Source: Botryllus schlosseri
Taxonomy: Eukaryota
Reading direction: 5' to 3'
NCBI GenBank assembly: GCA_051294905.1
Contig: CM119384.1
Span: 11,222,001 to 11,286,000 of the forward strand
DNA: 64,000 nt
The notes beneath the pieces were generated by a model, which searched no databases, was not told where the DNA came from, and saw only the letters and a program-made list of their open reading frames with translations. A program made the translations under genes and the position numbers. The first letter of the stretch is position 1. Every line of letters starts with the position of its first letter. Shown here one piece after another: positions 33,005 to 45,400 of the stretch.

Positions 33005-33270
33005 ACTCCGCTTCTACTGGTCGGAATTGAGTCAAATTTTTTCTGCATCGTCTTTGAAGACAGCTCAACAATTTCATGGGGTTGGCAGAAAAATTTGAAT
33101 TTTTTTTTAAATTTTCCCTAATAAATTAAAAATTTTAATTGGATCCGCAGAGTCCTATACTTGTTAGAATTGAACCAAATTTGGTGTTCAGCGTTTTTTA
33201 GGGTAACCTGACAATTTAATTAGTGAATGGCTGGAATCTGGGGAAAAAATTATTTTTGAACAGCCCTAAT
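33005..33270 (+). mobile_element. Dispersed repeat, probable DNA-transposon-derived MITE fragment
   Basis: Similar to the reverse complement of ~40060-40330 (CGCTTCTAC.GG..GGAAT...TGCATCGT.TTTG.AGACA...CAATT.CATGGGGT.GG). Confidence 0.6.
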
Positions 33271-34095
33271 AGTAATTGCATGTGCAACTTTGCATTTATT
33301 CATATTGACACTATTGTGTCATATACCCATCACCTAATCCCGTTCCACATGGCGCACTAATATTAAGTCGCTAACAATAGATGCGAATAGGGGGGTCTGG
33401 AGCCTCCCCCCGGAAGTCTAGCCCAGCCCCCCTCCCCAATCGTAGCGCCACCACTGATTGCAGTCCATATATACGTGATCTACCGGAAGAACTGATGTAT
33501 GTGGTGACTTCGAAAATTTAGGGCGTCAGTGAAGTTCTCGCGAATTAGCTTCGGGTGTGCCAATTGTTATTATAACAGTTACTATGTGTTGAAGCATGCT
33601 GATATTCTGTGACATCTTGCAAAAATGTCGCTACCAAAAATATATTGGAATCGCTGAATTTGCTAAAAGAAAAACTCCCTTGGTGAGACGCATGTGATTT
33701 TAAATTCACATTTTCTTGCGGGTGAGATATTCTCCTGTGAGAGTCACATTCACATTTGTACCACGAGGCTCAGATTGATTGAACGGACAGGACTAATCGG
33801 AGCCGTCGTTTCGGCGCCTGGACTTATCAATATTCAAGGCTTCGGCCAGGATGCTTCGGTCATTTTGGCCAAGGTTTTATCGACGTCCATCTTTCCGGGA
33901 GCGCACACGGGGTCACATGTTGGTCGAAACTTTATATGTCTTGGTGTATGTCATCATGGAGATGGCTAATGTCGAAATGCTGGTGCCTACTGCCTCATAG
34001 TCCCGCACCCGCGGACTGCGCAGTGCACAATGCACAATTGCACATGCACACTGCACAGATTACACACTCTTAGACTTGTAAAATACCGCCTTATA

Positions 34096-34323
34096 AGTTT
34101 CTGCATCTACATCTGCTATTAGGTCTTGAAGCAGGTGCATCCCGACATCGGAATCTCCAGCAAGGCCATGAGCATCGTGAGCTCGCTCTTCTGCGACGTC
34201 TTCGAGAGGATCGCCAGCGAGTCGTCTCGTCTCGCCTACTGCAATAAACTCTCGACCATCAGCAAAGCAGCCGCGAGATGCAGGCTCTTGCTGCCCGGTG
34301 AACCAGCCAAGCACGCCGTGTCA
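34096..34323 (+). pseudogene. H2B: Histone H2B pseudogene fragment
   Basis: [75 protein letters not shown]: recognisable H2B core with in-frame TAG (34120-22), indels, and no N-tail or C-terminal helix end. Confidence 0.93.
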
Positions 34324-34329
34324 TTTATT

Positions 34330-34494
34330 AGTTATCGAATGTGAAAATTGCTCCTGTCCCGGGTGGCTTGGCTCTGAAGACTATGTCATATCGAGCCTCC
34401 CGTCTACCTTGCATGCCACATTTCACTGTTACATTTTTCTAGTGTTATGTTGATATGTAATGTATACGAATAAAGATTCTCTCTCTCTCTCTCT
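34330..34494 (+). mobile_element. Probable LINE 3' end (stem-loop, AATAAA, (TC)n tail)
   Basis: GGCTC-TGAAGACTATGTCATATC-GAGCC hairpin (34370-97), AATAAA at 34469-74, (TC)n at 34478-94. Confidence 0.55.
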
Positions 34495-35080
34495 GTCGGA
34501 AGGCACCAAAGCCATTACCTAGTACTCCAGCTCCAAGTAGAGGGCAGTGCCAAAATCAACAACATATATGTACGTACGTACGTACGTACGGTATAGCGAT
34601 AGCCTATGATCCACGACACAACTACTGTTGCAGTGTTGCAGACACTATATTGCGTCCGGCCGCATGGCGCCTATACCAAAGCAGATGGTTGACAACAGGA
34701 CGCATTGCTATTATAACTGTCATGGGGACATTAGCGATGCGTCGTGTTGGTAACTAAAGACTGAAGCATCCAAACGGCCTCAGGCGTTACAAGGAGCCTA
34801 CCGTTCCCTCACAATTCGATAGCAAAAAATGCAGCAACGATCAATCGCGCGAAGCGCACAGAAAAACTTCAAGTTTATCAAATCTTCCGAAACACTGTAC
34901 TTTATATGTTAATTTACAAACATTTTTTTGATGGAGGCATGGCATTTCGCCCTACTTGGCGACGCTCATGCCGATATATATATCTCCAATCTCCATATTT
35001 GCCAACTACTAAAGGATTGTCGCCGTCTGTTCGAATTCTAAGCAAACTATATACGCGATACAAATTATGCTATCATACAC

Positions 35081-35547
35081 TAGGCTTACCATACGTCCTC
35101 TTTTAAGAGGATTTGTCCTCTTTTTTGACTTTTTTGAAAGTGTCCTCGGAGGACGCCCTTTTGTCCTCTTTTTTGAGATTTTGTCCTCTTTTTTGAAATT
35201 TTAGGTCAGATTTAGAGCAAATTGCGAGTGATATGCCGCAAATTAGCACAGAAGTGAAGCTCCGGCGGGTATTTCGGAATGGAAAAGGGTGATTTTAGCT
35301 CTGAGCGAAATGATGACCTTTTTTTTTTTAGTCATCCACCTGGCACTGTGGAGAGAAAAACGGTATTTTGAGCTGAGCTCCAAACGGTATTTTGAGCTCT
35401 GAGCGGAAAAGATGACCTTTTTTTTTAGTCAACCGATCACAAAGTGGCAAAAATTCACCGGTTTTTGAGAATTCTACTCCAGTTTTGCAAGTTGCAAATT
35501 TCTGAAAAAGTGTCCTCTTTTTAGATTTCCATAATATGGTAAGTCTA
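35081..35547 (+). mobile_element. hAT-type MITE, family C, copy 2
   Basis: TAGGCTTACCATA/TATGGTAAGTCTA; perfect TSD TCATACAC; near-identical to 10915-11286 plus an internal duplication. Confidence 0.93.
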
Positions 35548-36413
35548 TCATACACGATAAACTACAGGAACATAGATGATCGAGAGGGAATCAATTTTGT
35601 GATGCCATAGTATATCTGATCATATCAATGGAAAGGAAAGGCACAATTTGACCGGTGACGTGAATGGTCGAGCTTGGAATCGATTAACGGAGTGCGTAAT
35701 TGACCATCGATTATATAATATTATGACTAGACTATGGCTTAGAACCGGACAATCTTTAGGGGACACCAATTTCTTTCGCCACCCACAATTTGAGAAGCCC
35801 GGTCTTAGAGAACCTGTATATTACGGTTATTACCCGGATATATCTCTTAGAATCGGCACTGTATTGGGATGCCTCTGAAATTGATAACTCACACATGAGC
35901 CTAATTGAACCTTGGGTTCAACTAACATATCTAGGTGGAAATATTAGTCAAATTAAGCCGGCATTGTTAACAAGTGGGTTTCAGTGTCTTCTGAGGGCAT
36001 ACGCCACTTTTGAGCATACCGCCATAGCCTTAACAAGTGCTATGGTGTTACCGCGAACCGAGCTAGCTGTATATAATCGGCTTCGGTGATGTAATCCAAG
36101 ACTGCCGTTGGCGGGAAAATCCACCAGATTGTAATATCAATTTCCATTAAAAACAAAATTGCCCGGAAGGTCAAGTCAGCTGGGAATAGAGCGTAAATCT
36201 CGACTAGCAGAAGTCGTAAACAGCTCCAATACATTCTGAGTACGTGCAGTTACAGGTATGCGTTCTGTAAACCAGCATGTATGACGCACGGAAGCTAGCA
36301 GCAAATTTGGTGAATTGTTTATGTAGTTGCAGATTTCCTGAGATATAGGACAGTGTTTTAACGAATATTTGGCAGTTAGCAATCTCGTTCACCTCGAGAA
36401 CTCTTACTGGAAA

Positions 36414-39400
36414 ATGAAGTTGAGGCTCATTGGCGGAACAGGAATTCTAATGTACTGTTTGATTGCTTATTGCACGAGGATCAGTTTTGCCCAAAAGAAA
36501 AATGGTGAGATTAGCAATTTCTAAATGCTGTCACATAACGGTGTAGAGTAGTTGTTATTCCGTTACTTTTACAGGAAGTTCTGAAAATATTCCAAAGTAC
36601 AAGTATTGCCTGTACGATTGCATTCGGAAAGCAAGTATGTATATTATACATATATATATATATAAGGCTTATAATTAGTTAGCATAGATAGGATAGGGTT
36701 ACCATAATTTTGTGAAGCAAATTCCGGATACTCTTTAGCGCCCACTAGCGGATTTTAAAATGAGGTATAACACATTGTCTGTCAATATGACGTCACACCA
36801 GCAAAGCATTGTCAATCGACTGTATACATGAATGGAGTGGAACAGGAACATATATGGGTCATGAATTGGACTATCTGTAATGTGAGCTCTGGTGATTGCT
36901 ACTTGCTAGGGTCTGCAATGGATTTCTCCATGGGTCGGATGAAATCGTCTGGCAGGCCGTGTCTGGCCTGTCGGGATTGTGTTTCCGTAGCCCAGCTCAA
37001 AACTTGAATAAGCTGATGGGTATTTATGTTTATTTTTGATTGCATTTTTAGCGAGGGAGGTGCCTGGTGCCCATATTAATATCAATATACGTTGCATTAA
37101 CTCGCACGCATCCCGAAGAAGAATTTTGAATAGCAGAAATCAGCTTGAAAATAGTATTGTTTCTGTTGATTTACGAAAAACTTTTGAGCCTACTTCAAGC
37201 TTTCAAAATTCCGGACATTCAGGCATATTTTAGAAATTCCTCCCGGACGCAGAGTTTTCAGTGAAATTCCGGACGTGTCCGGGAAATTCCGGACGTATGG
37301 CAACCCTAAGATAGGATAGACTTAACTCCCAGTGGTTGTCTGCAATTGTGAACCCGGATCGTTTCGAATAGAGGGATCAGCGACTAGAAAGCTAATCTGC
37401 AAGAACGAAGCTGAAGGTCACGCGACCGGCAGCGAATCAAAAGTACCGAGAGATTGGATCATCCGAATCGACGGTAACAAGATTCCAACCAAACACGTTC
37501 GTTTGCTGAAGTACTCGCAGCCTAATAAAGCAAGAAATAGGAACGGAGACTCAACACGATACACCGTACTTGTGCCATCATATCTCTGCGAAGAGTCCTG
37601 GCGGACGTCGCAGAATCAGATCGTTAAGGCATGCAACGGCAAAGTACAGAAAATAAACAAACGCGAGGGAGTTGTATCGAGTCCTCGTTACCCAAAAGCT
37701 TACCCAAAGAGCACTCCTCCGATCAAGTGTAGGTGGAAGATATCGACTGATCCGAATAGCCTACTGCAGATAACGTTCGATTCGATAGATTTGAAAAGCA
37801 AGTCGGACGAATATCCTCAGTTGGCAGCATCGGTGAGTCTGGGATAAGTTGAAACCTTTTCTGCATTAAACGCATATGGGCATATATCACTGATACATAG
37901 CATATGATGGTACCAACTTCATTCGATGATATGTGTATTCCATATTCGATACGCAAGCGATAATAATAAAATAATCCCAAGGCCTCGAAGCATTACGAGT
38001 TACGACAGCCAATATAAGGTCATGTTGAGTTGACGAGCACCAGCCCTCGGAGCGATTTTGCCTCCTGATATTCAGGTTTTTCAAATCTCAGTTAATCCCA
38101 ACTTGTTGAAAAGTATGGAATATTGGATATTAGTATATCACACACTGATAGCCTACTCCAGGGATGGCATTACTATATTTAGTTCCTAAATAAACCCATA
38201 TGCTTCTGGTCCGAAGCCATACGATGGCCTGGTTTCAATTTCTACATACAGGCTTACCAGAGATTTCGGGTGACACGCGGCAAAACGGTATTTCGGCATT
38301 TTCAAGACTGTAAAGATGACCACGTAAACATCACTGACATTGGCGCACGAAGGGTCGCACCAGGAGGGGTACACTACGGAACGTTCTGCGGTACATGGGC
38401 TCCACCAACTTTTACCACCGTTGGAAACTCGGTTATGATTACATTCGTCGGATCCAGGTTTGTGACAAATAACGATTACAAAACTGGACATAGGAATAAG
38501 ACAAGGCCTGTAGCAGGATTCAACCGGTTCGCATCGGTTCTACAGAACCGTCTCAAGAAATTTAATGAGATCAACTAACTGACTAGCATTAATGGTTCCT
38601 GTCAACGATATTATGTAACAGAACCGGCTGAAAATATGAATTTTGTGATAGAACCATATAGAATCAGCTGATGAAACCGACCATTGCAAGTAGCGTGTTT
38701 CGTTGAATCTTTCAAGATGATTCACGTTCTAATATATGATACATGTAAGTATTATTCACTTACCTTACGGGACAGAATATAGTTCAGGTCGACGAAAAGG
38801 TTTCGCGTTAAAGTACAAAACTATAAACCCGCCAATGGGCCTGATACCTTTACAAAAATCGATCAGCAACTGGACGTGGGGTGGTATCAGAGAGGAATGC
38901 CAGAAGGCCTCTGGAAAAGATTTGTGCAGAGCAAGAGATATTTGCAGGTGGGACTACACCATGTTGCACACTCTTGATTCGTAATCAGCGCTGCCTTTGA
39001 ACATGCGGTTTATTGTTAATCTCAAGTAGGATCTCAAAATGAATTGGATATAATGGTTCGGTCACGCTAAAAATAGCGAGAAAATGTCAAGGTAGCGAGT
39101 CATTCAAATTAACCCCCAGTTAACCCTAACACGAGCAAATTTAACCCTACGCTTATCTCAACATTACGTTACCCGAAACCCAAGCTAAACCTAATCATAA
39201 CTCGATATTTAGTGTTAAGAACCCAGCCCGAAATTATCCAAAATAATTAACCTTGGGAATATTCTTTTTCGCGACAATTTGCAGATATGACTCCAATAAA
39301 TATAAATGTTGAATAATACCACATGCGACAAGACTGTCGCTCAATATACCAGCTAATATCGAGAGGATAGGTATATTTCATCTTTTCAAAGATCAATCAG

Positions 39401-42400
39401 TTTTTAATAATATTTTCATCATTTCAAAAAACATCAAAAGACTGCGATACAATGAAAAGATAGGAAGGTGTCGAAACAACTTGGAGTAGCCTTTAACCTC
39501 AGACACCCACCGTAGCCTAGGCGAAGTAAAGAAGAGGCATGCACACTGAATGAAAAGTAATGCAGAGAATATAAGACGCAAGCGAGGTGGCAGGTGGCGG
39601 AGGGCGAGGTCGATGTTAGATCGTGGTCCGGTATTCCTGAAGGCTAGTATATATACTTGTCGTGTGTTCTTATCGAAAAGCTTGTGCCTTCACACCCGTT
39701 TACCACCCGTGACACAGGGGTGTGAATATACACCCGTGATGAACTATATAAACCTCAGACTTACACCACGCTATCACTAAAACACAACATTTTAATCCAA
39801 ATGATGATTGCACCTATAGGGACGGAGGAAGGTTGCAAATGCAAATAGGCACGTAGGAGTTATAACCGTGATAAATAATTCTGAGAGGTTCGTGTACCAC
39901 CTTTTGGGTGTGAATACGCTCCCTTCTCGCTAAGACCGTATTATCTTACAGGGTGTTGCCTGAATAATTCGTATTGAAGAAAGGCAATTCATTAACGCGT
40001 CTATTTATAGCGTATTCCTGAAATTCAAAGTTACCCAGAGATATGCGCCTTTAACCTGTTGGTTTCATGTCCGTTATGGTTCAAAAATAACCTTTTTTTC
40101 CGGATTCTGGGGATTCACCGATTAAATTGTTTGATTGCCTAAGGCTGCGCACCAAATTTAGCTCAATTCCAATCAGTAGAATCCGCCGTAGAGCCAATTG
40201 AAATTTTTAAATTTATTTAAAAAAGAACGATTTTTTTATATCACTACCGACCCCATGTAATTGTCGCGTTGTCTACAAAAACGATGCAAAAGAAAATTGA
40301 CGCGATTCCATCCCGTAGAAGCGAAGGAAGGAAACCTAACAATTTAATCAGGTAATACCCGGAATCCGAAAAAAAGTTATTCTTGAAAACCCAATGTCCG
40401 TCGACCATAATCTCACCCATAAACAATATACATAGCCTGTCATGCCTGCGAAGGTGTCGATATCACTATTCTTCAGCATAGAAAGACCCTTTCATGGAGT
40501 GGAGCGTGATGACATGTGGACACCTATTTTGGATGAATATGACGACTGGATTCAGGTTCGTTTAACAATACTGCGACTGATGGTCAATGCCATCGGAAAC
40601 TAAGCAGTAATAGTATATGACTTATTTCGTAGGTGTTCTCAAAGGGTGGGCCATGGCCCACTGGTGGGCCACAAGAGCATTTGAGGTGGACCACAAAGCT
40701 ATTTAGAAAATTTTAGAATTGATGTTTAGTTTAGTTATATTTGTTATATTAATCGCTAAAAATATATTCATATGATCTAATTATACGTAGGCTACGTAAA
40801 GCTTTTCGTCCGACTCTGATGAGACGTAGTGGCGCGTATGCAGTCGACATGTTCAAGTCGAAAACGGGAGGGAGAAACGGCGACTTTTTCCACTGGCTAT
40901 GACAACCTACGGCTAATAGCAACTAAAATAATTTCGAGTATATAATAACTGGAAGGTAATGCTGAAGTAACCAAGTATTCCGACAGGGTCATATGTCGTA
41001 TGCCGTTGAAAGGGGTGTGCAATAAACTCGGAATGAAGTGTAATTGAGAGAGAGAGAGAGAGAGATATGGTATTCTTTTTCGCCTGCACCATCGCGATGC
41101 TTTGACGACGGAGATGCGATACGGTCGTTATAGTAAGGTCATCTAGTCTGCACCCCCGTTTTTTACTCCTCCATGCTACCCGTGATTGCTGAGCGCCTAG
41201 CAGGATAGCCGCGGATACCAGTTTTCGAGTCTTTGGTCTGACCCGGCCGGGGATCGAACCGACGACAACCGGACGCACAACCATTACACTATCTCGCTCG
41301 CTCACTATCTTGGGGTATAGATTTACTGTACTAAGGCAAGCCATATTATTGTAAGATAAAAATAGCCATAATTGCAAATTATTAGCAACTTCTGGCGGAG
41401 GTATCTGCACCACCGCAACGAATCGTATTGGATTGAGGATTTAGCAGAGCGCATTAATCTTTGGAGTCGGTTTAAAATGTCCGCCCAGGAAATCATTGTA
41501 CATAATGTAGAAGTCACATGAATTGATTGTATCACTTGATTGAATATTCTGACATCGCAACTTCAGTTGGTTGGTACAAGACATACAACGTGCATTGTAC
41601 AGCATGCATATTAAATAAATCTTTCTCCACTTCTCTGTAGTACCCCATTCACCAATGAATTGTTTGAAGCTGACCCAGGATGATCATATTATTCCCCACA
41701 ATAGTGGAACTAAAATCCCAATCACACAGCGGATGCGTGGTTTTGGTCATTGTGTTTCGCGACGCGAATGGAGCAGCGGACGATCGTAGTAGACACAGAG
41801 TTTTAGCCTATGATCTACCAGGGCCGTAACTGCTGTACCCAAACCCCCAATTGCGGGAGCTCGAAGGGGCACAAGATTATTTCGTTGGTCGTTTGCTGGG
41901 GGATATTTATTAGACATGAAAATTTTAGTCGCGCTTCTCGCGATTTCATGGGCCGAAAGGTCTGCATTTAAATATCAACAGTGAATTAAGAGAAAAATGC
42001 GCATATTTTAGAGAAATAGGCATATAGGCGCCGTCGATTACCACGCATTGAACAATATTATGACTCCAATAAGATAAGAGGTAGGCCACAGCACATTTTC
42101 AAACCGGAAAATGAAACACTGGCAAGAAAGGGCTGAGAACCCCTAAACTATACGATAGTGCTTTCCCAACGGATCTCCAACGGGTCTGTCATAAGGATCC
42201 ATCAGGGCTTCATGGGCGCAATGGACATTGACCAAACTGCAAGAACATTCAAACTATTATTTGTCGTGGATGTATAGGGAAAAAATTTACACACACGAGT
42301 ATGGTGTCTCACTTTTGATAATAATCATTCCGTAGTTGGTTGCGATTTTGTTTTCGCTCTCATTTTGTGCATTCAGCTTTCTGATTGCATTTCCCATTTG

Positions 42401-45400
42401 TGTACAATCCACTACTGCATTTTATCATTTTCGAACTTCTGAATTCTCGGTTCTTGTTTCTATTAAAACCAGACAAACCAAAACACACAAACGCATAAAT
42501 ATTTTTAATAGTTCCCTCTCCAGAGAGAGAGAGAGAGAGAGTATTTATTTTTGATCCAACCAAAATACATAACAAACAGACGGCAATGATGGTGGTACAG
42601 AAAATATGCATGCACAGTATTCGGTATCAGATAGGAATGATCGATGATGGTCAACTAATCTGATCACAAACGCTTCAAACAGGTGCACCTGACCATATAC
42701 AGTCTTACTGTAAAAATATTAGTTAAAAAAGGATGACAAAAAAGAAAAAATTAAACGATGGTAGCGAATGATCAAATGATCAATGAAGCAATGACTGGGC
42801 GAGGCAGGGCAACAGTGGTAATATGACAAGAGGTAATTAAGAAATTTGGCTGATAACAATATAGGGGCTGGACCAGTGGTTCCCAACGTGGGCGAAATCG
42901 CCCCCCATGGGGCGATTTGGCGACCTAGGGGGGGAATGATGAAGGCGGCGATAGGGGGCGAAAATTAGACCTCTCAGAAGGCTGTGTCATTGTTATTTTG
43001 CACAATGAATAAGAGCGAAAGGGTTGGATTGCGATTACATCATCAGAACATCCAATGGCTACCTTTTTATCTTCTTACTTTAGATCGGTGAAGCTAAGGG
43101 ACAAACGTGTCAAAGACATAACAAGTTGTATGGACCACCGAAATGGGGGGAAACGGGCTACAAACCTCCGTCGACCAAACTGTATTGCTGCGACCCGTTT
43201 ATTCCAGCCCCATTTGACAATGTAAGTCTGCAAATCGGAATTTATTTTAAAACTATATATATAGGTATAGCTGCTAGGCCTACTTGGTATGAACTCGGTC
43301 GTCATCTCAAATCTTGATCAATAATCGTAACTCCGCTGTCGTTAGCTTTGAATTTAGTTTCCAAAATCTTCCCATGAGAGTCTTCTTATCCTTTCTTCAT
43401 GCCAACTCTTTAGCTCATGCTGAGATATAGAAAACCATTTCGCGTGCCCCGTGATCTCAATCCATGAGAATAGACTCATGAATCACTGTGACCGCAAAAA
43501 TGAGTGAAGAAGCGGGTCAACCTCGACCCTATATTAAGCCACGTTGTAACGAGTAGCCTTTCGGATTATGAAGTTCATGCCTAATTTATTCGTTATCTGT
43601 ATGATTACATAACAATTACAGTAGAGACATTACTTCCTTTACACCACAACTAACCATTAACTTTTTCTTGTTAGTTCCTCACGCCGGACAAGCTTCCAGT
43701 CGCGCACGAAGTTATTGTTAGTATTTATACTACTGTTCAGAATGGGAGGGTATTTTACAGGTTCGTATCTGACCGAAGAAATACATTCCCAGAATACGTG
43801 CGATTAGTCCCGAAGCAGTATCAATTTATAAAAGACGTTTACAGTTCATAATATACATATGCGATGCTCATAATTATTGTAAATGTTCATTACAACTATT
43901 CCGTAGCCCCCACTGATGGAAGACCTGGTGACCCAGATGTAGATGGCTTACTTGTTCCCAAAACATCCACATAAGTAGTAAAATACGCCCAGACTCATAT
44001 ATACAAATGTCGCGTATACAACTTCGAACAATTCTCTGATATCTTATCAGGTATATAAGAGAAGGCGTTGATTCTATAAAAAGTGATGGAATTTGGTCAA
44101 AAGCAAGGATAAACAATGGCGATTTATCAAACATTATCCTTTACTCATCTTACGAAGAACGGTGAGTCGAAACCGATGAAATTCAATAAGCGCAGCATAA
44201 TATTGCAGATCTATTCAGAGCTACCGAACCTATATATTTCTGCTCAACCTCACTTATCCTGGCTATTGGCGAGTTGCGGACAGTATACAGGATTTCAAAC
44301 AAACCCTGCATTGCGATCGGTTGGAATTTGCTGTTTTATTTGTATGCATCCGAGAAAGAGAGCGAAGAGGTATTGCCTATGTTATACGGTGGTCTATCTA
44401 AAAAGGGATCAGTGTCTCTCCAAGACACCCGACATTAACCTCACCTCACGTGATTGATATACCAGTGTCGCGCGTTTATTTTGTCGAGGCAGAATGAGCG
44501 TCAGAAATGCTTTTTGATGTATAGCTTCCGCGTTTGACAGACTTCGCGCTGCAGATGTACAGTTGTACATGTTTGATAAGAACGTAACGCACCTATTTGT
44601 AAATGCATTTTCTCAGCTGTGAAACGACTAAAAACTGACACATAGATAAGATTGGCGGATACAATCGTGGGACACCATATCGACCCCCTGTTATAGATGT
44701 GCAACAGGATTGATGATTACTTCTTGTAATAACATACGAATGTCTCAATTACAGAATCATATTCAAGAAATATACGTCGGAGTTTCAGTGGCATTCCCAC
44801 ATCATTCCAGAGCTCATTTCGGATATTATCCTGTAAAGTTCAATAACATTACGAGCTTCTTATTATACGCCAAAACAACAGACCTCATGCCTTCGGACTT
44901 AGTGAGTTATGCTGAATTTCTTATTAATTTCCTTATAGATTCTTTGGAATAGGGTTACCATACGTTCTGCTTTAGGAGGATTTGTCCTCGTTTTTGAGGT
45001 TTTTGAAAATGTCCTCCGAGGACGCCTTTTACAGCTTTAACAGCAAGGATAATGGGCAGATTCGAGTGAAAATGGGCATAAATGACGCTAAATACCAAAT
45101 ACGGATGTTCGAGCAGTATATTCGTGGTTCGATCGGAAGTGACGACCTTTTTTTAGTCAACACCACTAAATTTTGTGGTACGATTGTTGATATACAATGT
45201 TCTTTCCAATTCTCTACTAGTTGCTGACGATTAGGCAGGGGAGATAGTGTAGTGGTTACGATAAGCGCCCAGCACGCAGTCGAACCGCGTTCGATTCCCG
45301 CCGGAGGTTTATCTGGGCTCCTCTTCCTATGACGTTGCCGTTCTTACGGCGACAAAAAAGCCCAGAAAAAGACCCGACGAAAGAAAGCACTCACAATGAA

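Noticed and set aside
34361-34397. GGGTGGC..GGCTCTGAA..GAGCC as a reverse-oriented histone stem-loop
   Set aside because: Wrong orientation for the adjacent H2B and an 18-nt loop instead of 4; better explained as a LINE 3' hairpin.
40805-40870. CTGATGAG...GTCGAAAAC as another hammerhead
   Set aside because: Stem II is possible, but no valid stem I or stem III pairing around a NUH site, and none of the PLE flanks.
40482-43817. Discoidin (F5/8C) domain in the protease middle region (WTP..DWIQ, YVRLVP)
   Set aside because: Only two short resemblances; the spliced context has a Cys/Trp pattern that fits a lectin-like fold better and lacks other F5/8C motifs.
45234-45305. tRNA gene (also 41245-41301)
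   Set aside because: A/B boxes present but no complete cloverleaf or acceptor stem; continues into SINE body and microsatellite tail.
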